Below are positions 24,536 to 37,365 of a DNA stretch of 64,000 bases, piece by piece. Source of the DNA: Guillardia theta CCMP2712. Its lineage: Eukaryota; Protista; Cryptophyta. The notes below the pieces were generated by a model that was not told the origin of the DNA, ran no database searches, and was given only the letters and a program-made list of their open reading frames with translations. A program made the translations under genes and the position numbers. Each line of letters begins with the position of its first letter. The stretch's first letter is position 1. The stretch is from positions 522,544 through 586,543 of the forward strand of contig NW_005434647.1 of assembly GCF_000315625.1 (NCBI RefSeq), given 5' to 3'.

Positions 24536-25766
24536 GTTGCCGCGAGATGCACCCAAGTCGCCTGATAGCACGCCGATCCGATCCAAACTGCTCGCGATTG
24601 ACGATGAGAAGAACGATGGAGGTGGTAAGAAGAGAAAGCAGAACGGTCAGAAAAGATGCATCTGAGAGGTTCAACAGGAAGCTAGAACCCACGATCCGTT
24701 GCCAGTATGCGCAATTATGGGGCGGGTTCGGGTCTGATCCCTGAGCTGTGAACAAGAAGCGAATCACTCGAACATCTGTAACAGCTGTCTGATGATGTTC
24801 CAATCACTTGGTCTTGTTCCTCTCCTCATTCCGCCTCCTCCGCCTCCTCTTCCTCCTCGTTTCTTCTCCCATGCAAGGTACCAACATAGCGCATGGCGAC
24901 GATGAGGCCTGTTATAAAGAAAGAAAATCTGAAATCTTTTTATAAAATTTGAAAATTACAACCAACTTTTCTGTAATATCCCTTGGTTTCAACATTGTAG
25001 CCAAACAACCATGCAGACTGGATTGTCGAAATATTTTTATCAAAATTTCAATATTGCCTATAATATTTCAAAGGTAATCCAAGAATAACAAAGGTGTCGC
25101 CGAATCCTGACCAGGCCATCCTCAGAGCTTTGGGGGCCACCGGCGGCCCGGGCCGGGCCCGCCTGGCGCGGCAAGCGAAGTGCTCCGAGGCTGCCGCCGA
25201 GTCACTGGCAAGCCAGCTGTGCTGACTCCCGCCGGCATGATAAGCCGACAGGCCTGGCTCGGTTCCAAAGTGGCCGGTTGAACTGAGGAAGCCTTAAAGT
25301 TTGACCCGTCGGTCCGTTATTACTAAGCCCCGTACTAGCACTGTGAGCCCCGCGCGACCGGGCCGTGAACTGTCTGATCGGATCAGTGGAGGAGTACGAT
25401 CCGACGGACCGTACGGCACGGTACCGGGACCGTACGGTCGGTGTACCGTACGGTACGGCCGCCGGGGTACGGTACTGTACGGTCAGTGTCCGATCCGGGG
25501 TACTACGGCGGTCGAGTTACGGTTACATATCCGTTAGGATCAAACTACTGCTACACCAGCCTGACGGTGGATGGGCGCAACGAGACCAGGCGGAGGTCCT
25601 TGGAAAGTACGAGGGTGGGTGGGGTCCTCAAAATGACCAGGGGTGGTAACCTCAGGAGCCTAGTTTTGTACTGAGAAACTTAAAAGCCGAGGGGTCAGGT
25701 GTCTGGGGTAACCCATGTAAAAATCATTGGGGGTAGGGGTAGTTGACCATCGGACCACAAACCAAC

Positions 25767-28700
25767 ATGGAGGTATGGAGAGCGGAGGGCTTCGAGGCGA
25801 AGATGGAGGCGGCGATGAAGAAGATGAAGACGATGCTGAAGGAAGGAAGAGACGCCTGCCTTCCTGCAGATGTTCCACACACCTATGAAGACAAGTGAGT
25901 TGAAACCTTGTTGTGAGCCATGCACTCAGCTACCGCACATTGTGGACTGTGATCTTTTTGGTGGCGTTTGATGTCGACGACGAGTGTAGGGTTGTTTGTG
26001 GACTGCGCCTTGTCTTGTTTCTCAATCGTATCCGTATAAGAATCGTTTTGAATATGAGGGTTTCAAACGCGATGATGCGTTGGTGATCTCTTGTGGCAGG
26101 TACGACCTTGTCGAGAATGTCACCAACTCAGCGTTGGCTTGTCTCCTGGGATCACTCGAGCTTTTCGGGCTCTCAAAGGACACGATCGACGCTAACAAGG
26201 CACATAAAGACGGACAGCCCGTCTTGCTCTGCTTCAAGAGCACGGAGAAGTGTGCGTTCGACTGCAAGAAGACCAGGGAGGAAGCACATCCTCGAAAGGT
26301 AGAGGCAGATACGAGGGTCACCAACACGCACGAGAACGATCAGGGAGACTTCTCAAAGACCACAAAGACAAAGACAACATCGTACAAGGTATCCACACTC
26401 ATCGACGAGTTCTTCTGGAACTTTGAAGTGGAGTACAAGTTCTTCCTGGAGGTAGGGAGGGAGCCGCGGCAGGTGGAGCTTGTGAGCAACAAGATGGTCT
26501 GCAAGCTCAAGACGGCGACGGATGCTCCTCCTAGACCTGAGCTGACCTGCCATCCGAGCATGCAAGCAGACATCACTTGGCTCTTGAGCGCCGTCGATGA
26601 GCAGTCGGTGTTTCACTTCAAGGTCGACAGGAACAAGGGTTGCCGCACTCCCCGCAGGAACGTTCAAGTAGAGGCCCTGCTCGCCTCTGCTGCTGACTTC
26701 CGCTCCTGGTGTCAGAGTGTTGGCAACTACTTCTCTTCACTCGCAGTCGTGGCAGGGCAGCTGCCCTCGTCCTCGGAGCAGGTGGGGGAGCTGCTGGAGA
26801 GGCATCAGAGTTTTATTCCTGTCTATCCTTTCTTCTTCGTCAAACAGGGAGACGATGAGGGCCGCTCGGAGGCTCCTCAGCATCTGTTCCCCCTCGACGA
26901 TCTTAACAGCATGATCCAGCGGCACAAGCAAGATCTCTCGTCTTCCCTCACTTCGGCCGAGCAGGAGCTGATCGCACGGAAAGGCTTCCTCGGGCCTCAG
27001 GAGGGCAGAGTCCTCTGCCTCCTCTTCCACCTCCTGCGCATCGTCGAGGACCATCACCGCAGTGTAAACCATGTGGAGGACGGAATGAGAGAGCAGCTGA
27101 TCTCCGCCATCGGCAAGGAGATTCTTCCCTCCGACTTCCTGAACTACATGTGCTTCCACTACCGAAGGTTCTTCCTTCCGTCCTTCGCTCCCTCCCCCTT
27201 CTCCTTTGCCATCCGTCGACCCGATCACTTTCCCGACGGGGCCTTGACCATGGAGTGCAAGATGAGCAGCAGCGATCAGTACGAGCCTGTGCTCACCTTC
27301 CGCAAGGAGACAACAATCCCGCCCTCCTCCCCGATGAGGATGAAGATCAACTCAGGCACTCAAGTTTCTTTCTGCGGCCAGCAGCATCTCCACGGTTGGA
27401 TCTCTTTCGACTTCGCGGGTAAGATGCTGGTGGACTTGACATCCTAATTGTCAGATCACTGACTCTTTCTCTCCCTCTTTCTCCCTTCATTCCTCCCTTT
27501 CCCCATGACCCTCGTTTCTCCCTCCCTCCCTCCCTCCCTCCCTCCCTCCCTTCCTTTTCCCCGAACGGTTATCTGTCTCCCTTCCCGTCTTCTCTCCCTC
27601 TTCCTTGTCCAGAGGAGGAGCAGATCCAGCTGAAGCTCTGTGCTCGTGCGCGTCAGTTCAGCTCCTTCCTCGTCCTCATTGGCACGGTCGTTTCCAAGGA
27701 GGAGTTCGAGGCGAAACATGCGTCCATCCTTCAGAACAAGGACGAGCTCGAGGTTCCCCTCCGGCTCTCCAGCATCTCCTCTCCTAAGGAGTTCCGGGAT
27801 GCCATTGAGTCGCTCTCCCCCGAGCAGCAGGCGTTCGCCCGCAGCTACCGCAAGATGCAGCTCGGCTCTACCGTCTTTGCCGTCCTCGTCATCGAGATCA
27901 AGCCGCAGCTGGAGAAGCTGCTGAGCCTCGCGCCCGACAGCCTCAAGAAGGAGGTGAAGCTCACGCAGGACCTGATGGAGCTCTTCCTCAAGTACCAGAT
28001 CCCCAGCGACCTCCTCACCTTCGACGGCGACCTCTCGACTCCAGCAGGGCAGAGGGTGGAGCAGATCAAGGAGCACGTCAACAAGGTCAAGAGTGTCATC
28101 AGCGAGACGCAGGAGGAGCAGCTCAAGTTGTCGGCCTTGGAGGCTGACATGGCGATGGAGGAGCTGACGGTCAAGGAGTGTTACAGCACCGCATGCTACG
28201 CCATGCCCCCACCTGCTCCTCCTCCTTGCGTGCGGAGGATGTGTGCACCTGGAGCTGCGGGAGCCGCCGCGCCCGCCATGGAAAGGATGATGAGCATGGA
28301 GAAGATGCCGACCAAGAAGATGAAGAGCGGCAATGCACTGCCGAAGCCGACGCCGACGCCGACGCCAGCTGAGACAGGAAGCAGCGGCAAGCAGCAGCAA
28401 TCAACGCAGGAGAGCAGCATGAAACGAGAAGAAGCGGCCGAGGGAGGACGGGAGGGAGAGCTAGACATCACCAATATCCCGGTCGCCCTGGACAAGCGCA
28501 TGGAGGAGGTGGACGAAGAAGGCGCGATGCGAGCATGCGTGCTTAAGCCTGACAAGACGTGGAAGAAACGAACCCAGAAGAATCTGCTCGCAGCCCCAGA
28601 GACGCTAACGTTGCAGGAGGAGGAGCAGAGGAGGGAAAAGGATAAAGCCTTTGACCTCCTCGATGCGCTCTCTCGCTCCGGCAACCTTCTCATCGACGCC

Positions 28701-29033
28701 TGCTCCCTGCACGTCGTGTTTCCTGCCTCCCATCGCTTCGATAAGTCGCTCATCGAGACGGTCACTTCATCCTCCTCACCCCCCGCTTTCACCCTTCACC
28801 TCTGATCCCCTCGCAATCTCCTCCTGCTGTTCTCCAGCTTACGCCTGCTACAGGTCATTGCTGACAACGTCAACCCCATCGAAAGGGTCGAGAGATCTTC
28901 TCTCATCCTTTCCTCCATCCTCCAGCAGGAGGACGCGAACCAGCTCGTCGCTCCTCCACACAGGGAGCGCATCCGCGAGCTCTGCCCGTCCCTCTGCTCC
29001 TCCCTGCCTCGTCTGGCTTCTCACTGTGACTGA
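25767..29033 (+). CDS. Conserved-looking hypothetical protein, multi-exon (uncharacterised protist family)
   Basis: MEVWRAEGFEAK...HTYEDK | YDLVENVTN... long exon | ...RARQFSSFLVLIG...QNKDELEVPL...KEFRDAIESLSPEQQAFA...IKPQLEKLL...YQIPSDLL...AFDLLDALSRSG... | VIADNVNPIERVERSSLI...HCD*. Coding-like codon usage and canonical splice sites. Confidence 0.8.
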
Positions 29034-29050
29034 GCTTTTAATGTTGCGAG

Positions 29051-31250
29051 CTACAAGAGCATAACATGCTCCTCCCATAACCGAAACGTCGCCGCCCTGC
29101 TCAGCTCCAGCTGCCCGTGCAGCATCTCTGCCACCATCCAGAAGGGAGACGCGAAGATCTTGAGAGTTACGATGGTCGCCTTGAGGAAGGAGATCACTAT
29201 CCCCACCGGCGCCTCCTCCTCTCCCATCGCCAGAAATCGCAGCAAGTCCTTCTTCGCAGAAGTCATCCCGGCCCTCCCTTGTCCTTCTCCTGCTCGTCCT
29301 GCTGCTTCAGCATCCCCACTGCTTCCTCCTAGCGAGCCTAGCGACGACACCATCCTCGAGGCCTGCCGGCCAGCCCCGACGAGCATGTTGAGGCTGGCTC
29401 GCTGCAGCTGTTGGCTCTCGGGGCTCAGGTGGAGGAAGCGAAGCAAGGAGGTCGCGGCACCCGTGATGCTCTCGGCCGTTCCTGCCCCTACTGCCGCCTT
29501 GAGCGCCTCCTGCACCTTTCCTCCTGCAGCCTCCGCCCACAAGCAGGCAGTCGGCTTGTTCGAGGAGGAAGAGGCGAGGGAGTCGCGCAGGTGCCGGAGC
29601 TTGTTGGCGTGGATAGGCTTCATCTTCAGCTTCTGAATCCTCTCCTCGCTCAGCTCCACCAGGTCTGCCACGTACCGCAGCTCCTCTTCCCCCAGCGCCT
29701 CCTCGTACTGAAGGAGCCCATGCTCCTTCAGCAGCAGCCCCAGCCCTCCTGATGTCTCCCTGCTACTCTCATGCGGCCAGTGACCGCAGGACAATCGTGA
29801 AGCCAGGAGCCAAACGACGGGGAGGAGAAGGAGAGGGAGAAGGAGGAGGAGGCTGATTCGCAGGCAGCTGCTCCTCCCCTTCTGCTGCCTGCTCCTCGTA
29901 ACAGGAGCTACGACCTTGGGTTGCTGCTCCTCCTTGCTGGAGGGTATAGCTCTTTTCCTCAGGGCAGACTCCTGCGCCTTCAGCGAGTCATCTGAGGGCT
30001 GCGGCGGGACGGCATCTTGAACTGCGGGCGGTGGATGGCTGGAGGCGGTAGAGGATGCTTCTCTTCTGGTCCTGCTCAGGAGTCAAGAGGAAGGAGGAGA
30101 CGACGAGGAAAGAACCTGATCAGCCCCACAAGCCACGAGCAGAGAGCATGGAAGTCGATCGGCCCATGAAACTTCTCGCTGACGGTCAGGAGCCTCGGCT
30201 CGAGCAGAAGCATGCTGGGCAGCTGCTCAACCTTGTAGGCTGCTTGAAGGCGCCTGGAGGAGCGTGAGAGGACTTGAGAGATGGGAATGCAGGGAGAGAG
30301 GAGAGGCAGGACGAAAGACAGAGAAGAGGAGGAAGAGGAAGGCATGGAAGAAGAGACCTGCTGGATGGACTGATGACGTACAGGGCGATCTCGGTGGAGA
30401 AGGCGGCAGAGAGCAGGGAGAAGAGCTGCGAGCGAGTGAGGGTGGGGGGGGAGACAAGAGCTGCTGACCTCCTGGTGCTGACCCTCATGCTCGACGAAGC
30501 AGAAGAGGAGCGGGCAGGGCTGCTGCTCGGCTGCTCCCACCGAGTCATCGCGAATGATCGTCGGCTGAACGTCCTGCACGACCCTTTAAGGGAAGAGGAT
30601 GCGGCACAAAATCGCTAGATGCGGGGAGAGAGTGACGGGCTGAACTGAGGAGGCAAGCATGAAGGATGGAAGGAATGGATGGAGGGAGGGAGGGATGGAG
30701 GGAGGGAGGGAGGGAGTATAGAAGAGTAGGAGGGGTCTGAGAGACTCAGCAGGAGAACCAAGAGGAAAGCAGAATGAAGAGAAATGGAGGAGGAAAACGC
30801 CGCGAGTTCCGCGGGCATGTCACCTTTCTGGACGTCATAGCGCTTGTGGAGCGAGCAACGAAGGCAACGACCTGGAGGAGGAGGAGGAGGAGGAGCGTCA
30901 GGGCAGGAGCAGGGAAGCAGCAGTGGGACCTCTTCAAGGCTGATCACTCCACTAGAGGAGGAGAAAGTCTCGACTCTTTCCTGCAGCGCAGCAGGAGCAT
31001 GCACAGTCATGCAGGGATATTGCCTGCGAGTAGGTTATCGCAGCTCCTCATGGATCTAAGTCACCTCGAGGGGAGGGCGCCTGCTTGTCCCTGCATGAGC
31101 AACACGGCGCACGGGTATCGATGGTTGAACATTTTAGAGACCTGCAAGTCCATGTCAACAACGCCAGGTCAGCGACGAAAGGGAGGAAGGGTGAGCGTGG
31201 GGCAACCGAGCATGTCATGGCGAGCACACAATGGTCAGAGATGAAGTTTC
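29051..31250 (-). CDS. Membrane protein with thioredoxin-like segment, TM helix and SAM domain (probably the 3' part of the upstream SRA1-domain gene)
   Basis: Exon RLQAAYKVEQLPSMLLL...EKFHGPIDFHALCSWL resembles a Trx-fold C-terminus. TM is ISLLLLPLLLLPVVWLLA. SAM-like LLKEHGLLQYEEALGEEELRYVADLVELSEERIQKLKMKPIHANKL. The 5' boundary is uncertain. Confidence 0.6.
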
Positions 31251-31629
31251 GACCTGCTCAAACAGGACGGGCACTGAGTTCGTGTCGACGTACAGCACGA
31301 TGTGAGGAAAATGAGGCTTGAGGAGCTTCATCTCCTACCCGCTGATATCAGATCCCAACAAGTCCGAGACAATCCCTCCATCACCTTCAAGTCTCTTTCC
31401 CATTCCAACCATCTCCACATCTCCTGCTGGCAGCGCTGCGTGCTCGGTCCCCACATGGCGGCCACTCCTCCAGCCCCCCCGAATGCTCTACAGCACTCGT
31501 CACGCACACGCACCGAACAGCTGCTCCCCTCCTGCCATCCCATTCTCTCCCGCCCCTGACTAATTTCTTGTCTCCTTCATTCTCCTTTCCTTTTCCTTTC
31601 ACTCCCTCCCTCTCTCCTCACCTCTCCTC

Positions 31630-32888
31630 CTCACCTCTCAGGCTCCTTCCTCACTTCCTCCATGCGCGGTTGAAATGTTTCCTCCCTTGCCATCTCGCCA
31701 TGCACGGCTAGCGACCCCGACGGAGCCTCTTGAAACGCTGAGGGAGATGGAGAGGTCACGGAGGGAGAAGCTGCTGTTGTTGCTGTTGCTGTTGCTGCTG
31801 TAGAAGGCTTTGATGACACGTTTCCTGCAAGCACATCAGTGAATGGGCAGGGTCGTCGTTATCAAGAGACCGAGGAGAAGGACGAGGCGGCTGGTCCCCT
31901 GGATCCAAGGCGGGACGCCTTCGTTGGAGTCGAAGAAGTCGTTTGCAAGCTCCCGCTGGCAGGTCTCAGCCTTGGCTCTGTCCTGGTTCGCTAGACCCTC
32001 AAGGAGGGAGGATAGCTTCGTCATGATGGACTCCCTCAGCGCCCCTGCTGTGACGCTGCTCTCCAACATCCGCAGCTTCTTCTCAGTGTCCTGCATCTGG
32101 CGCGCAGGAAGCTTGTGGCAGAGGGGGAAGGCAACCTCCTCCAACGCTCGCTTGATCGATGAGCTGTCGGCACTCACCGTCATGTGCCGTTGCTCAGTGC
32201 TCGAGTTTGCGCTGCTAGTTCGCCCTGAGCTCCCTGGAGAGCTCAAGGGGGGAGCAGGAGCAGATTGGATGGGCTGCTGAACAATCTGCTGCTTCTGGCT
32301 CGGCGGCAGAGAGGACGGGGGTTGCGCCATTGGCGTCTGCTGGTAACCTGCAGGAATCCCTGGGCTCAGAGGAAGCGACGAGTATGAGGGGGGGAGGGAA
32401 GGGGGCGGTGCGGGCTTGAATGGCGCCTGCTGTGACAAACTTGGCGGGACACCAGGAGGAGGTTGAGGAGCAGGAGAGGACGAAAACCCTGGCAGGTACA
32501 AGTCAAAGGCCAAGAGCTCGTTCTCATGAACTCACCGCTGGGGAGGCCTCCCTGGCGCGCGTTTGGAAGTACTTGCGGGGACGACGCGTGAGGACCTCGG
32601 ACCACTTGAGCAGTGGGAGGCGGAGGACCGGGAGGAGGCACTTGATCGGTAAGATTCAGCTCGGTAACATGAGATCTCAACGGTTCATCACCTGGATGAA
32701 CCATCCGTTGCTGCTGCTGCTGCTGCTGCTCTTCCTGCAACCCATGGGTCAGGCATCAGTTGTCTTACGGCTCAAAACTATTCGACACGTCCAAGCCTCA
32801 CAGTACCCGCAACTTGGCAAGGATTTGCACTTACCGCTCCTCCTCCTCCTCCCCCTCCTCCCCCTCCTGCCGCCGGTGCTGGCTCCAT
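31630..32888 (-). CDS. Proline-rich protein segment with SRA1/Sec31 C-terminal-like helical domain
   Basis: Pro/Ser/Gln-rich region, then RQMQDTEKKLRMLESSV...LSSLLEGLANQDRAKAETCQRELA...WIQGTSRLV. It splices onward into exon GNVSSKPST... without a stop. The 5' exon structure is unresolved. Confidence 0.6.
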
Positions 32889-33654
32889 GTCACGAAATTG
32901 CACGTGTTTTCAGTCAACTGCTGATGATCGGACTGTACTGATCGAAAGGTCCGAGGCACCGGATGATCTCAGTGATCGGACGGTGCCGCGCGGTGCCGGC
33001 CGGGCCCGGGCTTGAGTCCTTACCGTACGCCGGGTACGGTACGGTACTGACCGTCGGACTTCTTTTCTCAAAGTTAAAACGGCGGAATTCCCCGGGGGCC
33101 GGGCCAGCCGCCGATAGCGGCGGACTCCGGCGGGCGGCCGGGCCACGGCCGCCGGTGATGGGTTACGGTCAGGGTTCAAACGGTTCAATCATGGCATGAA
33201 CTTCGGGATGTCAGGCTCACTGGCACAGTTGACGCAGTTGAACTTCGAAGGATATCAAAATTGAGCAACGTCATGGTATTACGGTATCACTGGACGGTGA
33301 CCGTACGCATCCGATGATCACTGTTACCACTGGGCCATGCCAGACTCCGAGGCTCGGACGGACTACCGTGGGCGGCGGCCCTCAGGCTTGCGGCCGGCCG
33401 GCCCCGGCCCGGCGGACACTGACCGCGGCATCACCGTCACGGAATCAACTTCATGATTACCCTCACTACCAAGATCATCATGTGCAGCTGGACTCAGTAC
33501 AGCTCTCGTCAAGATGACTTTTCATTGAATATCTCAGGTTTCAAATAAACAATAACGTGCCAGTGCTTCTGACCGACCCGGCAAAATGGTCGAGCTCTAC
33601 CGTACTCCGAGAACGAATTTCGAGTACGAAATTCTACGCGAGTAGGCTTTCCAC

Positions 33655-34781
33655 TCAATTGTCAACGTCAACGGCGTCCGACGAGTGCTTGAAGCGGTCA
33701 AACATGTCACGGTCGTCGATCTCGTTCATGATCCTGGCCTGTTCAGGTGACACCAGCCAGGACAGGTCAAAGCTCTGATCATCTTCTTCGACTGCATCCA
33801 CTGCCCCAAGAGTCTTCAAGTCCTGCAACCAAGGGTCAGAAGAGCACTAGACTTGCTTCACAAGGCTTCAGTCACCTTAGCATCAGGTATCTTTGGAGTG
33901 TCGCTCTGTTGACTTGAGATTCCCAGCAGCCTTTCCAGCGGATCGCAGTGATCCATGACGTTGGCTCTTGACTGCTGGAAGCCTCCCAGCAAGCGCCAGT
34001 CGATCTCCGACTCCTCGATCATTGGAAACTGATCAGCAGCAACAGGCCTCTGCGCTACTGGTTGCGGCAAAGGGCGAGCAGGAATGCTCGGCTTTTCGAT
34101 CTTCAAGCCTGAAGCGCGGGCTGAGAGGTGGGTTGGTATTGGCTTGATGATAGATGGCCCAGCAAGTGGGCTGGCAACGGAAGATGGTTGCTGAGAAGGA
34201 ATAGCAGGTGTATCGGCCGGAACGTCTTTGTCATTCTTCTTCGGAGGAGCAAGCCCTTGCTTCCTCAGGATGATCTTGTTGCCTTTGAAAGGCCACTTCT
34301 CAATCCCGAGTTGTCGACAAACTTTCTTGATCACGGTTGCACAGATGCCCTGCCACTTCATCAGGACATGAATCTACTCTCGTCACAGAAAGCTCACCAG
34401 CTTCTTACAAACTTGTTGCTGCGGCATGTTGAAATGACTCTCTAGCACCTGTCTCGTGATGACTATGGGTGGCCGATTGCTTCCTAACTTGTCCTGTCCT
34501 GCCTTCCTCCTGGGGAAGATCGTGACATCATCGCAGTTGGGCAGCAGCCTCGTCCTCTTTCTTGATTTCTTCGACGCAGTCGAGGATGAAGATGATGACG
34601 CTGAGTTTGGAGAGCTGGTCTGTGACATGCTGAAGTCTGTGCTCATGCTTTCCACAAGCGATCGATGCAGACTTGGATCAGGGCGAGGATAAGAAGCTTC
34701 AGGCAACAGGGTGTTCCTCCAAAGATTGTGATATCGCATTTGATTTCCAATCATCATGTGCGGCTCCTGTCTTCCCAGCAT
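33655..34781 (-). CDS. RWP-RK domain transcription factor (3 exons)
   Basis: VTIFPRRKAGQ...ITRQVLESHFNMPQQQVCKKL | GICATVIKKVCRQLGIEKWPFK. Last exon DLKTLG...FDLSWLV...DVDN* ends at 33655. Confidence 0.9.
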
Positions 34782-35600
34782 TCACAAAATTCCCACAAAA
34801 TTGATTTAGCTTGAGACCGAAAAGACACTGCCACGCTGCAACAACAGTCAATGAAATTGTCTAGATCTTGAATGGACTTCGAATTCAATTTGCTGGGCAT
34901 CTCACAAAGACATCTTCACATAGGAAAGCAGCTACGAAAAAACGAACGGGACGTTTGCAACACAACAGGACTGACAATCAATCATCATCAATGACGCAGT
35001 TCAAAGTTAAGAGTACAGGTGAGTAACAATGAAATTTGTGATGGTGAAAGATGTGCGGGAAAGACCAATGCACAGTGAAGGTTTGATGTTCAATTCTGTC
35101 GAGTGGACGGAGCGCTGAAGACAAAAACTTTGTGCAACACAACACCTAGGACGCAAAGGGCAAAGGACATAGCTTGGTGAAGGGAGGGGCGGGGGAGGGG
35201 GGATGAGGAGAGAAAACTGCAGTGATACAGCAGTGTCCTGCAAAGAAGCAGAGAGGGTGATGGAAGCAGAGAAGCGTTGAAGCAGGAGCAACACAACGCT
35301 TCTCAGCCGCAACATAGGCATGGAGGGTATGAGTTGGTCTGCAGGGGGGCTAGAGTGACCTTGAGAAAGCCTGTCGGGAGGCGTCAGAAATGAGAGAGAG
35401 AAAGGAATAATGGAGGGTAGGGTGATAAAATAACAGGGTAGGGAAAACGTTTTTTCCTCAGTACCGGTTATTTCTAAGGACTAATCAATGGTATAGTAGG
35501 GGTGTTCAAGCGGCAACCCTTTTTTGGAAATGGTGGGTGGTTGAAATGAGTGGGTAGGGGTATCAGGAAATCTCCATCTGATCTGGTACAATCTCGACTC

Positions 35601-35720
35601 TATAAGTAATTTAAGATGCTATCTCGTTACATATACAAACATATGTAAATGGAATAATGTGAAATCGTAACGATTCAATTCCCTTCGATTGATCGCGCGA
35701 GCATTAAATTTGTACTTATA
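35601..35720. mobile_element. Possible small AT-rich MITE/foldback element
   Basis: Ends TATAAGTAATTTAAGATGCT and AGCATTAAATTTGTACTTATA are imperfect inverted repeats. Internal TCGTTAC/GTAACGA and TACATAT/ATATGTA also pair. Confidence 0.4.
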
Positions 35721-37365
35721 AACATGGGGGCAAAATGAAGGACCACCCCACCCTCAGTGGTCCTGAGGAGTTCTGCCTGTGGGTTGACAGTCAGCACGAT
35801 ACCACCCCGTTCAATAACACCCACAACTCTCCTCATTGACCCCTTTGAAAGAAGTAATTCGTACCCCACCCACCAAAGTACCCCTCCAAGTTAACCCACC
35901 CCACCTGCACCAGCCCCAATCCCAATCGCCCCCCTCCATCTGCCGACCCTTGAGTGTCGGTATTTTGGCCCCTTTCTTGGAAAAGTAGTTTTTAATTCAC
36001 TCCTACGTACCCTTCAGGTTTGTAGATGCTCGAATTTGTGGTACAAATATTTGCTCAAACTTATTTCTTTAGAAAGGATTATGCCTTAGAAGTATTGTAT
36101 CAATCTTGATTGGCTTCCTACGTTTCAATTGAAATAAAAATTATACTGGTACCATCTTAAAAAAGCATGTACTACCTGCCTCGCTTTGACCCTACCTAAC
36201 ATCGCCCCCCAACTGTTCCCAGGAAAGTACCCCTCCAATAGAATAATACATGGTATTGGTGACTCATATCTAGAAATCCTGGTTTGGCCCCCCTCCTCGT
36301 ACTAATCTCGTTAGATCTCCCGACCCTAGGAAAAATCATACTTTTATCGTCCCACCCCTGTCATCCATAACCCCAGATTTTCATAGATTCAGGGGTCATC
36401 AAGTATGGTACACCGAAGCGTCCCATTTTCTATTACAGTGCCGGGGGTCCCAGTACGTCCCGTTGATGACAACAGGCGACCCCCTAAGTTTTAAGACTTT
36501 GTAACGGTTTCCGGATTCCGATCAACTGCCATCCAGTGCCCCGTCCCCATTTGCCCCTGATCCTTACCAACATCCCTGCCAACATCCCCTTGCAGATCCC
36601 CATTCTGGTCACCCTGTCCCCCAGCCTGTCTCCACCACGATCCTGCCAGGAACCCCATCCTTGTCTCCTTGCCTGCCCATACCCCAGCCACAGCCCGCCC
36701 GCGAGCCAGGTCGCGGCCTACAACATCCGCATGTTACGACGAGGATCTTCAACCAGCTATTAGCAGATATTCTTTTGTTTTCTGATTTTGTTTGTTGAAA
36801 GTGAAACAAGGCTACTATTCTAACTGTCTTCATGTTACGTGACATCACCCCAATACAAACTAAAGGAAAGGAATTTAGAACCCGAATGAGTCTCATCACT
36901 GAAGCAGCCTCGGAGTCAAGGAGACCCTATTGAGCATGTGTGCTGGTGATTTCGTCAACCCACGCTGCCACTCTGGGTTAGTTCAGTGAAGAAGAGGAGA
37001 ATTTGAGAGCTCTTGTAATGCTTGACACGAAGCCTTCGAGAATAAGATACTTCACAAGCACAGGAACAATGAGGAGTTTCTTTTACTAGAACACAAGCAG
37101 GGCAGACGCTAGGATATGAAGCGCTTTGCCTGCCACGAACACTTTATGCCTACGGCATGAGCCTGCATTTGGTGTTCACAGATGTATTTCTTGACTCAAA
37201 TAATGAGTCATGATGGGATGGTCGGAACTTGTATCAGTGATGCCACTTGACAGTGAGCCTGCGGCCGCTTGAAAGCCTTGATTCGGACTCCCGGACCGTA
37301 CGGTAGTGACGAGCCTCGGAGAGCAGACGGCAGGATGCCAGGCACGGTTGTTTCTCGCTGCTGTC

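Noticed and set aside
24910-25090. AT-rich island as a MITE
   Set aside because: Only short AT-rich inverted matches, with no convincing termini or second copy in the window.
36480-37180. Possible decayed gene or retroelement fragment
   Set aside because: The composition looks coding-like, but the frames are interrupted and no RT, integrase, gag or transposase motif was recognisable.
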